NCBI GenBank assembly: GCA_001949185.1
Contig: BDGG01000004.1
Coordinates: 3,815,777 to 3,879,776, forward strand
Reading direction: 5' to 3'
DNA length: 64,000 nucleotides
From: Ramazzottius varieornatus
Taxonomy: Eukaryota; Animalia; Tardigrada
In this document: positions 36,301-48,581 of the stretch, piece by piece
How the letters are laid out: each line of letters begins with the position of its first letter
How positions within the stretch are numbered: position 1 is the first letter of the stretch
The notes under the pieces: generated by a model
Seen by the model: the letters and a program-made list of their open reading frames with translations, nothing else
What the model was told of the DNA's origin: nothing
The model's database searches: none
Position numbers and translations under genes: made by a program

Positions 36301-38097
36301 CTACTCTCGATGTGATGGATGCTTCGTTTGTATTTGCAGTTGGGTTTTTTGTCTCACAGCAGAAATGATCATTGCCGGCGTCTCCTTGTTCGATCGTTCG
36401 ATCCCAGCCCAATTCCCTTGTGGTCCCGGCTGATTGGCAATATTCCCGCGTTTTAGTGCAGGGCTGCATCCGCTTCTATTTCCGGGCCCATCTTGACAGG
36501 ATATATCTTCTTGATCTTTATTTGGTAGATTGCAATGAATTTGTAAGTCATCAACTCCGCATCGAGACTTCACTCTGCATGAAAGCGAAGATCTACGACT
36601 AATGGAAAACCATCATTAGTATACACTCGGTACGTATACACAGTTCTTACCTGGTACACTCAACTAGGTCCCGAGAAGTTATCTCGCCACACATATTGGT
36701 GATAGTTTCCCGATTCAGTTCCAGCTTGACTACGCCACTGTCTCTTTTCCAGAACCGGAAGTTCCAGACACTACAAAATGGGAAACTTACTGGTCTTCCA
36801 GATCTTTCTGATGGGCTGTGGAATATCCCTCGTGTTTTCTGCGCCTGAAAGAATTCCGATTGGTAACTCTTTTTCATTACTCTTTGAATGATGATTCAAC
36901 GGAAATGAAGGAACTCGGCTCAGTACGCATAAGCATCGTCACGAAACGCACCTGAAAAATAAACTGCACGATCAAACTCGTCAGAATCGGTTAGCAAAAT
37001 TTCAGCTGAAATCATCCTCTCTAGAACGAGGTCCAAGTTGAGTTTTTGATGGTGTCTCCCGTTAATTTGTCTTTTCAACTTCGTGAAAGGGATAGTCTAA
37101 CTCAGAACTTACATTGGTGGTGCGCTTATCGACTGGATGAATATGTGGCGATCCGATGACGACGCAGGAACGAAAGCGTGTTGTTTATTTTTCTTGGACG
37201 ATCATTGTCTGGAGCAGCATCCGCCGGAAGCACGACCGTTTTCTTTTCTGATATAAAATACAGCAGTTTAATCTTGTTTCTCGTCAAAAATTGGGAGCGG
37301 AAGTTGCTCTTGACTTTGACGCATGCCGGGTGGTACGCACGCTTGTCGCAGAGGCAATGGTGTCCGGGCTGACAAGGGACGGGATGCAAGTTCATCCCGC
37401 CCTTTTGATTGGAGCCGCGCTTTTGTGACGTATCCTGCTCGGTAGTTACGTAATCTTTTCCTTGCAAATATTATTTGACAGATTCACCAGTAAACTATGT
37501 CTTGCACTTAGCGCTAGCGACTGCTGTTTCTCTTTTGTAAGCCCCTTTTTGTCGTGGTCCAGTTTTAAAGGGATAATATCATCTCATAATATCGGATCCT
37601 AAAATATTATCACCAGTATGGGTCGCCGTTTTCACTGTGAGTCCGAAAAGGTCACCTTTCCAGCCGACCAAAACAGAAATTGGAATTGCAAGAAGTCACG
37701 AAATTTAGATTCCACTGCCAGAATGAATTCATCGAGTAGGGCCGACATAGTATCAATTCGTACGCAAATTTGTATTCCAGTAAATAGTAACGCTCTTCCC
37801 GATTTCCGCGTGCACAATGTGCTCCACTGCGCTCAGTTATTGCCATTGTTGCTCCCATGTGCCATTTCCCGTATCAATTAAATTATTAACGGCGGTCAAC
37901 GTTGATTGGGAGGACAAAGCCTAATCCCGGGTTTAGCAGAATGACAGAAGTATGTCGAAGAAGACCGTAGTCTTTTCGAAAGTGTTGATGCGTGGTACCG
38001 CCAAATCGACCCTTATCGCACATGGAGTACTGTATCCCCACAAGGATATTATACCGAAAGAGATATGATTTATCTAAAAGTGTTTTCTTCCTTTTAG

Positions 38098-41000
38098 GGT
38101 TTGTGGTTAAACAGGGTTCTCCGGCCATCCTGTCAGCTTTCCGTTACGCAATCCGCCAGCACAACAGCAATAACAATCCCGTGGGAGGCTTCAAGCTGGA
38201 TGAACGCATTGACATCCTGGAAACTGATGATGTATTAAGCGTCGGACGCGCGGGTCAGTGCCTCTTTCACTCAAGCGAAGCCAAATGATCTCTTTTCCAC
38301 TCATATAAAAATAATAACAACATCTTCCGCATAATTGTCTCCATTTTGTTCCCGCGCGAGAACCCTCAGTATGCAGTCACACAAGAATTGAGAATCATTC
38401 CCCCTAATACACCAAATATTTTTACAGGGCCCTCAGTGGGGAATTATCGAATTACTTCCTCATTCCACCTCTTGTTTTCCTTACAGTATGCGCTCAAATG
38501 AAAAAGGGAATTTTCGCCATGATGGGATTATCCCGACCCGGTCTATATTCTACCATGCAGTCCTACAGTCAGTCCTTCCAGATGCCGTATATAAATCTTA
38601 ATTTCCTACCCAATCATACCGGTTTGGACAAGAGCCCGATAAACAATCTGGCTCTATCAAGCAACAATTTCCATCTCAATCTACGGCCATTCCACGCACC
38701 CGCGGTCGTTGATTTGGTCCGCCATTACGGATGGAAGGACCTCGTTTACTTGTACGACTCTGACGAAGGTAACCGAATCGAATAAACTGTAGCTGTAGCC
38801 TGCTAGCTCGAACGAACAACTCAATTGGTCTCTGTTATCACTTGACAGCCTCCTACATGATGGAATTCCTCGTTCATGAGTTCTCACTACAAAAGCGTGA
38901 TGTGCGGGTCCAACGTGTATCCGGTGCTCAAGAAGCTTATGAATATTTAAAATCAATTGACTCCATTGTCGGAGCCAATAAAAAGCATATCATCCTTGAC
39001 ATGCCAACCGCCTCCACTCAGGACCTGATCACCAAGAACTTGGAAGATAAAGTACGCTATAAGTGTCCAAATTTTTATGCCGATTATTTTTCAGGCCAAC
39101 CCACATAAACTAAGCTTTTTGAATATTTCCAGGCGTTGATGAAGCGGCAGTTCCATTACTTGATGATCAACCTGGTACGCAGTCAAAAAGATCTGATTAA
39201 TATTCTGATGACCTGACCAACAAGAAGTTTTCGTATTAGGGCGTGGAAGAACTGAACTTTGACCATCTGAAGTTCACCGGCGTGAACATGACAGCTTTTA
39301 CACTGTTCAACTCGAACGATGATCACTATAAGCAATGGTCAAACGAGTGGTCGCAGCTGGATGAAGATGCCGGCTGGTTGGGAGCTGGTGGTCCACTAAC
39401 GGTACATCGAGACGCACTGGGTCATTAAGATAACCATAATAACCTTTGTTTTAGAACGAGGCCGCACTAATGGTCGATGCCGTACATTTGTGGGTCGCCA
39501 GCCTGAATCGGCTCTTCAAGGATCGACCACATATGTTCCAGAACAATTTTCGGCGCGGAGAACTTTTCAACAATGGCTCGCGTGGTCTGGACTGCTCTAA
39601 GTAAGCATCTTTCTTTGGTTCGTCCGTTTTTTTGAGACGATACCGATTGACAGTGTCTTTTGCAGATATCCGCTGGAGGCTTGGGAGCACGGCAAGCTCT
39701 TGACGCACATGCTCACTACGGTATGTGGACCCGGAAGTTCTGGTTATTGTGACATCTCCCATAAGGTTACGATATCCACAGACACGCTTCACTGGGTTGA
39801 CGGGTCCTGTGATCTTTGACGCTGTGGGACAGCGGCGGAATTATACGCTGAACCTGGTCGAGATGACTTTCAACCGCAAAGTTCTGGTTCGTGAAACTAC
39901 CTTTCTTGTCAGAACCACTTCGGTTTTATCTGTACCGACATAATTATAACGATGTTTATTGACAATTTTATCGTAGGTGGGAACCTGGAGTGAAAAGGAA
40001 GGACTATTAGTGACGAAACGCTTCACCCAAGTGGATGTCAAGCCTATTCCCAAAGATCGTAACCTTGTGGTTACCACCATTATCGTAAGTCCAGAACACA
40101 TTCATGTTGCAGCCGGAAGTGTATGAAATTGAATGCTGGTAGGACTGTTACGTAGCTCGAAAGAGAGTACTTGATTACAGGAAGAACCATACATGATGTG
40201 GAAGGTTCCTCGTGATGGAGAAACGCTCACCGGAAATGACAGATTTGAAGGTTTCAATGTCGACATGCTCAAGGCCATGGCCGAGAAAGCCAACTTTTCT
40301 TACGAGATCAAACTGGTGAACGACTCACTCTACGGAGCGGTGCGTGGACGTTATAGATTATTTCAAGTGGCAATATTCTGAAAAGATTCTTTGCAGGTGG
40401 ATGAACATGGTCAGTACAACAACCGAAACTATACTTAGTACTCTTTTGTTGATGTTGCGACTTTCAGGAAACTGGAACGGCATGATCGGCGAGCTAGTCA
40501 GAAAAGTGAGCCCGATACTCCTTGTGTGTTCCTTATAGCTTTTAAGTAGTCTACAGCGCATTTACGCTTCAGGAAGCGGATATGGTTGTGGCGCCCCTGA
40601 CAATCACCGCTGAGCGGGAACAAGTTGTCGATTTTACAAAGCCCTACATGTCTATCGGCATCAGCATTGTTATCAAGAAACCAGTCAAGACGAAGCCCGG
40701 TGAGTCCACTACCATAATTTCGTACGAGATATGTAAATTATTCCGTGTTTTTTGGGGTAGGGATCTTTAGCTTCATGGCTCCACTTTCCTACGATATCTG
40801 GATATGCATCGTGTTTGCATATCTCGGAGTCAGCATTGTGCTTTTCCTGGTAAAACAGCTCTTAATATTTTTTGTAATCACTTCACGTTATTACGAACCG
40901 GAATTGCATAGGCGGTGGTTTTTATAGGTCAGTAGGTTCAGCCCTTACGAGTGGCACATTGAAGGTAGCACGTGCCCTCCACAATTTTCTGTTTAAATAA

Positions 41001-42593
41001 TCGTTCACCTTAATTTGTTTGATCTGCCATATGTTGCTATTCTCTGTTGCAGAAACCTTCAATGGACCTGTGGTGGTCAACGAGTTCTCCATGTACAACA
41101 CACTGGTAAGCACAATTGGCTGGCACGCTTTTTACCATACGAGTACTGACCAAACATTACTATTTCAATCAGTCAGTGGAAAGCATTAGTTTTTTTTTAA
41201 AGTGGTTTTCTCTGGGAGCCTTTATGCAGCAAGGAGGACACATCTATCCCAGGTAAGCCGTATCATGATCTGTGTCTCAAATGCCACTTGACCAACGACC
41301 ACTTTGCTGCAATGTAGAAATTACGCGTTTAGGAGCATCAGCGGACGTCTGGCTGGCAGCGTCTGGTGGTTCTTCACGCTGATCATCATTTCTTCCTATA
41401 CTGCCAATTTGGGTTCGTGTTTCGCCGTGTTTTGTTATCGGGCGCAAGTAGATTATTTTGTTGTGTTCTTTGCAGCTGCCTTTTTAACAGTGGAACGTAT
41501 GTCGACGCCCATCAAAAGCGCCGATGATCTCCAAAGTCAAAGTGAAATCGAGTATGGTGTAATGCGAGCTGGCTCTACCTACTCGTTCTTCCGGCGGAGT
41601 AAAGTTGTAGTCTATCAGAAGATGTGGGACTTCATGAGCCATCGACCACACGTTGTGGTCAAGAATAACTTGGAAGGCTTTGCGAGGGTTAGAAGTAGCA
41701 GAGGGAAATACGCCTACCTTGCGGAGTCCTCCGTCGTTGACTGTAAGGGCTTGAAGCACAGAAGGTCCTCAGCGTTAAGCAGGCAAGCAGCCAAGGTCTC
41801 TTCGACATTCTTTTGTGATACTTTCAGACATGAATAACAGGCTGCCTTGCGACACCATGAAGGTCGGCGAAGACCTCGACTCCAAAGGATATGGCATTGC
41901 GACGCAAGCCGGTTCCCTTCTGACGGAGCGCTTGTCTCGAGCCATTTTGGACCTGAAAGAGGACGGAACTTTGACGAACCTGCAACACCTGTGGTGGATC
42001 AAGAAAGGACAGTGCCCGTCGGAAGGAGAAAAGCAGGTTGGTTACAGCAGTTATAGTAATTAAAGAAGTCCTCTTTCTTTCGTTGTCCTGGTACATGAGT
42101 ATTCTGAAAGCGGTGTATCGTTTGGTAGTCGGACTCGAAAAACAGTGAGCTGAAGCTGAACAACGTTGCCGGTTGCTTCTATATCCTGATAATCGGGCTA
42201 ATAGTTTCGATGGTTTTCGCCCTTTTTGAGTTCCTCTACAAAGCCCACAAGGACTCGCGCCGTTATAAGGTACGCGCTGAAGATGTTAGTTCATAGCAGC
42301 TCGACGACCCGGATCAAGGCAAAAGGGTACCATATCTGATTATTCTGATATGCCTCATTTTTGCAGGTTCCCTTGGGGTTAGCTGTCAAAAACAAAGCTC
42401 GATTTTCCGTTCAAGGAGGAGCGTTCAAGGATCCCCGATTGGTACGTGAACTGCTTGTCACCGCCATTCAGTGCAAACTGGGGAATCTGGATTTCTGTAT
42501 TGCTTGTAGTTATATCCGAACTGGCACGACGCCATCAGAAGTAAAGATAGTCACCAACCCCCACTGTTCCGCAAAAGCCATACGCAGGTGTAA
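38098..42593 (+). CDS. Ionotropic glutamate receptor, AMPA-like (more than 20 exons; signal-peptide exon not fixed)
   Basis: ATD ([26 protein letters not shown]), S1 [49 protein letters not shown]2 [12 protein letters not shown]3 [27 protein letters not shown]2 GSTYSFF / YAYLAES / [20 protein letters not shown]4 [15 protein letters not shown], and C-terminus ..KSHTQV*. Confidence 0.93.
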
Positions 42594-43097
42594 CCAACGA
42601 GAATTTCACTGTCTACGGGTTTAGGTCTTCCTATAGTTGGGTGGATTGTAGGCGACACATCTTTCCCGGTTCTACCTCTTGCATTTCTTAAGCTCGTTCT
42701 TCTCTTGTGATACCTGCAGTGTGCAAACGGTAATGAGAGTGATTTTGAAAAGCGATGCATGCGTTTCGCTCGAGTGTTTTCCAAAGTAACGGAAGTATTG
42801 ATGATTTTTTTTCGGATCTGCAATTCGATATTCAATACGTATCACAATATATTCGTGGGAAAAAAGGCAGGTAGATTGAGTCTGTGAAACTTTGAATAAA
42901 AAAAGCACCGGAGGAATAAAGCGGGTGAAGAAAAGTATAAAAGGTACGTTCTCGAAAGCTCGTGCGATGCTTCGAACTGGCACTAGATGGATCAAAGCGA
43001 AAGACTCCAATCGAAGACTCAAAACACCAAACAGAAAGAAACTGAAAGACAAAATGTTTCGTGTGGCAAAATCGATTACTCGGGCTCGAAAGAGTAC

Positions 43098-43841
43098 CTA
43101 CGAGTACTGGATGCAGTCGTCTTCCAGCCGAGCCCGCTTCCACAGGTTACGTCGGATGTGGACAGCCAAATAGACAACGCCGACCAGGATCCAGGCACTG
43201 ATGACGATGGAAGCTCCAATGGTACAGATGGTTCCCAGCAGGACTGGCAGGTATTCTTCCACGGAGAGAGGGCGTTGCGACAGGGCTGTTCCATCGGACA
43301 GGTAGACGATCTCGAAGGAGATAGGCTAAGAAGGAAACCGGATGTAAGACTGTTTGTCAACTGACTTGATTGACTTGATCACCTTGTTGTAGTTGAACTG
43401 TGCGTAGGCGCTGACAAGGAAGCCCAGGAAGACGATGCGAATCAGCAGGAAGATGGTGTAGACCACGATCCAGCCCCACAAGATGCCAGTCTGTTCACGG
43501 AAGATGCCTGACAAGAGAACCCAGGCAGCACAGAAGACAACGACGAAGTAGCAGGCAGCGGCGATGGCGATAACTGCAAGCAAAAAGACTGTTGGCCATC
43601 GTCAAAGGATTGTTTAAAGAATGTCTTACTGTTTCCATGTCCAAGGAGTCCAGAAGCGATCAGCAGCGCTATGCCAAAAATGGCTTCGATCTGCAGGAAG
43701 AGTGGAACGATAGAAATGGAGGTTGGTCAGTGTAATATAAAGAACAAGGAAGTGTGTTCCACGCTGACTTACCATTGTCCAGATCGCCCCGATACGACAT
43801 CCGGCTTTCAACGAGCAGCATCCGCAGCTATGAACTCCCAT
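43098..43841 (-). CDS. Small four-transmembrane protein (about 175 aa) with an N-terminal Cys cluster, DUF4728/LAPTM-like
   Basis: Four exons splice to MGVHSCGCCSLKAGCRIGAIWTM-IEAIFGIALLIASGLLGHGN-..IAIAAACYFVVVFCAAWVLLSGIFRE..WIVVYTIFLLIRIVFLGFL..-..VLLGTICTIGASIVISAWILVGVVYLAVHIRRNLWKRARLEDDCIQYS*. The family label is inference. Confidence 0.75.
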
Positions 43842-44367
43842 CTTGCAGAAGTGAGACCTTCAGTGACCGTCCAGGATAGCAGAAGGTGCTCGGAAGTGTT
43901 AATATACAGGTTAAAGAAAGAAAATTCTGGTGCAGTCTGGATGAGTCTGCATGTTACCTTGCCTGCTGTGAAGTTTCCTGCAAGAAAAAGCCAGACGCCA
44001 AAATCTGCCTGAAAACTGTCTGGTATCAGTGGTATGTTCGGCCCCGAAGGTACAGACCAATGGCCATCGGTTTGGCTTGTGACATGCTAACGTGATGTGT
44101 TGTGATGTCATAGTAGACTTCGTGCGCAAAATCAATCAGTCAACCGCGAAATCAATCAACCAAAGTTCCTGGTATCAAACATGACATGATGACTGTTTTG
44201 CTTTTGGCCATTCACATTCGCTAACTGATGAGCTTCAAAGTTACAGCCTTCCACTTCTTCCAATGGATGTTGTGCCCCAGCTATGGTGGTCATGCTGAAC
44301 GCGTGCTGCCAGAAGGGTGTCGTCCGATCTGCAAGGATCTGCGAGATAGGATCTACAAGATGTGAGT

Positions 44368-46609
44368 ATGTGTTGCATTCGGGTAGTCTCTCGATTAACC
44401 GCTGGTAAGGCATATCGTTACCACCGGAAGTTAAGTTTGTACTCTGTTTTCTAGGCAGGGCGACGTCCGCTGGTACGGGTAAAACACTCGGAATCTTCAA
44501 GCGACATCTGGGTTTTGGCTTAGCACGCAAGGATTCACAAAAGACACAGCCGAAGAAGATCGGTGCCGATGAATTCAAACTTCGTCGTGATAAAGTGGTG
44601 GATTTAGCATGGAGCGAACCGGATGCAAAGTTCGAGCAACTCCTTCTGTGTGTCCCATCAAGCCGCACTTACTACATGGCAAGAGGTACCTGCGGTGCAT
44701 GTTTCCGACAGTGCAGGATATTTGTAATCACCTCTTCAATGATCTAGGAATGTGGGTCTGTTGCAGATATTCCATACGTGTTCCGGCAAAATGCAAACTT
44801 TCGTTATCTCTCTGGCATCATGGAGCCTGACTCGCTTCTCCTGCTTCACAGCGACTCGAAAGAGCATTACAGGTATGACAAAATTATGCAGTTTTTGTTT
44901 CGGTTGAAGAACAACGCAAAACTCGACTTTTTCACCATTTAGAAGCACTTTATATGTGTGCCTTCAGGTCTGTATTGTTCCTTCCGGATGCGGATCAAGA
45001 GCACAAGAAATGGCATGGCCCCTCTCTTGCTCAAGACGAAGTTGAATTTTCTTCCGGAATTACCGAGGTTCATCCCGTCTCTTACCTGGAAGAATTCCTG
45101 CAAGATCTCCTCAGTCAGAGCAAAGGTCTTCAGTTAGGTGTTTTCTGTGATCCCAGCAGAAGCTGGCTAACTAATGCCTACTCGCACGACAGCAGTCCTG
45201 CCACTTTTTCCGTACTGGAAGACTGTGTGATGCAAAGGCCGAAGAACTGGACGACCGTCACGTCCCTCAATCAGCACATCCAGGAAGCCAGAGTGATCAA
45301 GTCCCAGACGGAAGCTGATGTGATGCGGTACGCCTCTTCCATTGCGGCAATGGCTTTCAAGAAAGCCATGACCGATACAGAAGCTGGCATGAACGAACGA
45401 CAACTGTGGGCTATGATAGACTACGAATGTGTCTTTAACGGTGCCGAAAGGCTGGCGTTTCCTCCTGTCGTTGCAAGCGGACCGAGGTATGGCGCATTAT
45501 CAAAATGGGAGCTCAAAGCAAACTCGACAACATTTGTTTTCCAAAGAAGCGCACGGTGGCTGTGTTATTAGCTGAAACCCTGCGCCACATGGAAAAATGC
45601 TCCTGTTGAGTTTGTTTGCCGAGCTCGCGAACAACTTCTCCCTCTACGAAAATTTCGCTTCAGTTACTTGATGAAATGGTTATTGTTTGCCAGAGCAGCA
45701 ACAATCCACTACATAAAGAACAGTGAAGTAAGGTAGAAAGCCGTAAAATTTGGATGGAAAAGCAACGGGGACCCATTGTAGTCTCTTTGCGGACTAGGTG
45801 ATAATGAACGGACAAATGGTTCTTGTAGATGCAGGATGCGAAGTGGTAAGTGTGATTGAAGTATATGATTTACTCTGCCGTCCTTTTCGAGTACTGTGAT
45901 GATCGGGATTTTGTAGGAAGGGTACTGCAGCGACATGTCGCGAACCTGGCCAGTCGACACGTCCTTCAGCAACCCGCAGCGGATCTTGTATGAGATCGTC
46001 CAGCACGTGCAGGCGCGCATACTTCGAAACATAGAAAACTTGGGTAGTGACTACGGAAGCTATCCGTCGCTGAACGACCTATACGGAAAGATGTTGGACC
46101 TGTTGACGGAAGAGCTTTACCGGGAAGGACTCTTCGGCCAGTTCGTTGATAAGAAGAAGGCCAAAGATATGGTATGTAGGTTCTTTCGGTTTCGATAAGC
46201 CAGGAGTTGACGAGAACCCGCTTGAAGGTGACGAGAACTTACTGTGGTCATCATTTAAGTCACTACGTCGGAATGGACGTACATGACTGTCACCTGATAT
46301 CCAGAGGAAGAAAGCTGGAGCAAGGAATGGCTTTCACAGTAGAACCCGGTTTGTACATCTCAAGCGAAGATACCTTGTTTCCTGAAGAGTTTCGTGGAAC
46401 CGGAATCAGGATAGGTAAGCTGATCGTCTTACCAGCCCACAGCTCGGGCAGGTGTAGTTCCAGTATTAATAATTTACTTCTTTGCAGAAGATATTGTCTG
46501 GCTGAGTTCAGATGGGCCTGAGAACTTTACACAGCACCTCTGTCCGTCCGAGGTTAGTGATATTGTTTGCTTACGGAGGCATCGGAATTTTTTAAATCCT
46601 ATAGTATAA
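44368..46609 (+). CDS. XPNPEP3: Xaa-Pro aminopeptidase 3 (mitochondrial M24B peptidase, Icp55 homolog)
   Basis: Basic presequence-like N-terminus, [45 protein letters not shown] and LAFPPVVASG. Metal ligands in VDAGCE / YCSDMSRTWP / HHLSHYVGMDVHD / TVEPG / RIED. Confidence 0.92.
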
Positions 46610-46612
46610 CTA

Positions 46613-47109
46613 CACTACTGAGATCCGATACATACGCGGATATGAATGACAGCTCAGCGCTCTGTTTTGCTCAGGGTTTTAGTTTTCAGGAGTTCATTTT
46701 TCTTTGAACATAGCTGCCGAAGTTACAGTACAGTACCTGTTGGCTGGACGCGTATTTGAAAAAAATCATTTGGAACTGGGTGATTTGCTCCTATGGGCCA
46801 AAGAACGCATCTAACAACATCAAGTTGCTGGTTTTGATGAGGGGCATTCGATAACCAACGCGCACCTCTGCGCATCCACAAGTAACGATTGACCAGTGGT
46901 CACCCTTTGGCTGACCACCTGCCCCTGTACAAGGAAAAAGTTTCCCCTATGCAAGGGTGTGCACGCGCCTGGCCTAACTGATGCCATGGAAAAAACAGCT
47001 GGCAGCNNNNNNNNNNNNNNNNNNNNNNNNNNNNNNNNNNNNNNNNNNNNNNNNNNTGCCAGCTCTTTTGTCCATGCCAACGGCTAGGCCAGGCGCGTGT
47101 ACAGTAGTG
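46613..47109. mobile_element. Putative non-autonomous CACTA/CMC-like or fold-back element, partly unassembled
   Basis: Termini CACTACTG (46613) and CAGTAGTG (47109), each flanked by TA. An internal 46-bp inverted repeat (46959-47004 / 47057-47102, 39/46 matches) brackets the N gap. Confidence 0.45.
47007..47056. other. Assembly gap (50 N)
   Basis: Run of n characters. Confidence 1.
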
Positions 47110-48581
47110 TATTTTTGGGAAGAATTGTTTTTGCAGAGTTCTTGCTGCGGTCAGGTGTGTACTATGGATATCTGCGTGAAGTCAGAGGAGCAGGAGTGCG
47201 AACGTGGTGGTGACGGCGTAATTTCTGACCTAGTTGAAATACGGAACTACACCTGTAATTAGCCATTAATTCTCCGTACAACTGGACATGATTATTCCAT
47301 GTCATTGTTGGCAGTAGAAATAAGACTGGAATGTTTAGGTGGTGGTGAAACATATCCCTTCATTCATCACCTTGGACCCTTACTGCTGATTTTCGGCCGT
47401 TAGACCTCTAACGTATCAATGGGGTATGGGTCGCCGCCTATTTCCAACAGGGTTCGGGTCAGAACTGACTGGTGTTGCACATAGTGATAGATCATTCCAA
47501 GTGGCAATGAAATCAACGGAAAGCAGATCTGCAGTCCACTCTTTTCTTAGTAAAATACCATGTTTCGACAGGTATAGCGGCGGAGATATCATGGGATGTC
47601 GGCAAATGAACTGAACAAGATCCCTATCTCAAGTGGTGTTCGTGTCCATTGCTACCGTCACAGAGAGTGAGCGCCTCTGGGAAAACCACTAGCTGAACTC
47701 ACTTGCGGACGTCTCATCCGCGCTGTACACACAGATCATCAAAAGTTTTAGGATAGAAAATGCGCGGTATGATGCAGATGAGCAGCTCGGTGTCAAAACT
47801 AGTCTATTTGACCCGTCTTGTTTTCACATTACCCGCCAACAGGAATGAAAACTGCGCCACACAATATAACGATTTTTCCGAGATCGTTTGCAGACTCCCC
47901 TCCCCATCTTGGTCTCGGCCATCTATACTCTTCGTCTTGTACGCCCGTATGAATCACTGTTGTCGACTTGGTGCTGTACGAGCTTTCACCACGACGTGAC
48001 GGTTCTTAACATAAAGGCAAACAAAGGCCTCAGTTCGCTCACTCGCGGTAGTTCAAAGTTCAATCATAACCACTGTAGGACCCTTATCTGCCGAAGTGAT
48101 ATCTCGCTTAATGTTCATCTGCCGCCCATGAGCTTTGCACCATGAGATACTCCGATGAGTGCTACACAAGGCTGCATCAGCCGTTTCAACTCGCCCCTAA
48201 CTGCCCCAGATGAAAAGATCGATTCCTGAACATTTTTGGCCATTGACCAAATCACCCAGTCCGAAATGACTTTCTTCATTTGAAGTTTGGTTCGAAGTTT
48301 GGTCAAGCACGGGTTTATTTTGTTGATGTGCGGACCTGGTTTGGCAGGTTTCCTTGAAAGAGATATCGAATTTACAGTTTTCCTAAAAGGACAAAGTCTC
48401 ATACTAAAACACAAAAGCAGTTTGGCAAAAGTCAATAAAAAGCTGATAGTGGAAGCAAATAACATTTCGAAGTTCAAAAGGTGAAAACGTAGCTGCCCAA
48501 TAGCTCTGAAAACTTTAACAAAACCAGGAAGATGCCCAAACACGTTAGCATGCCGCAAGCTCATTTCGAAGTCTTGTGGAG

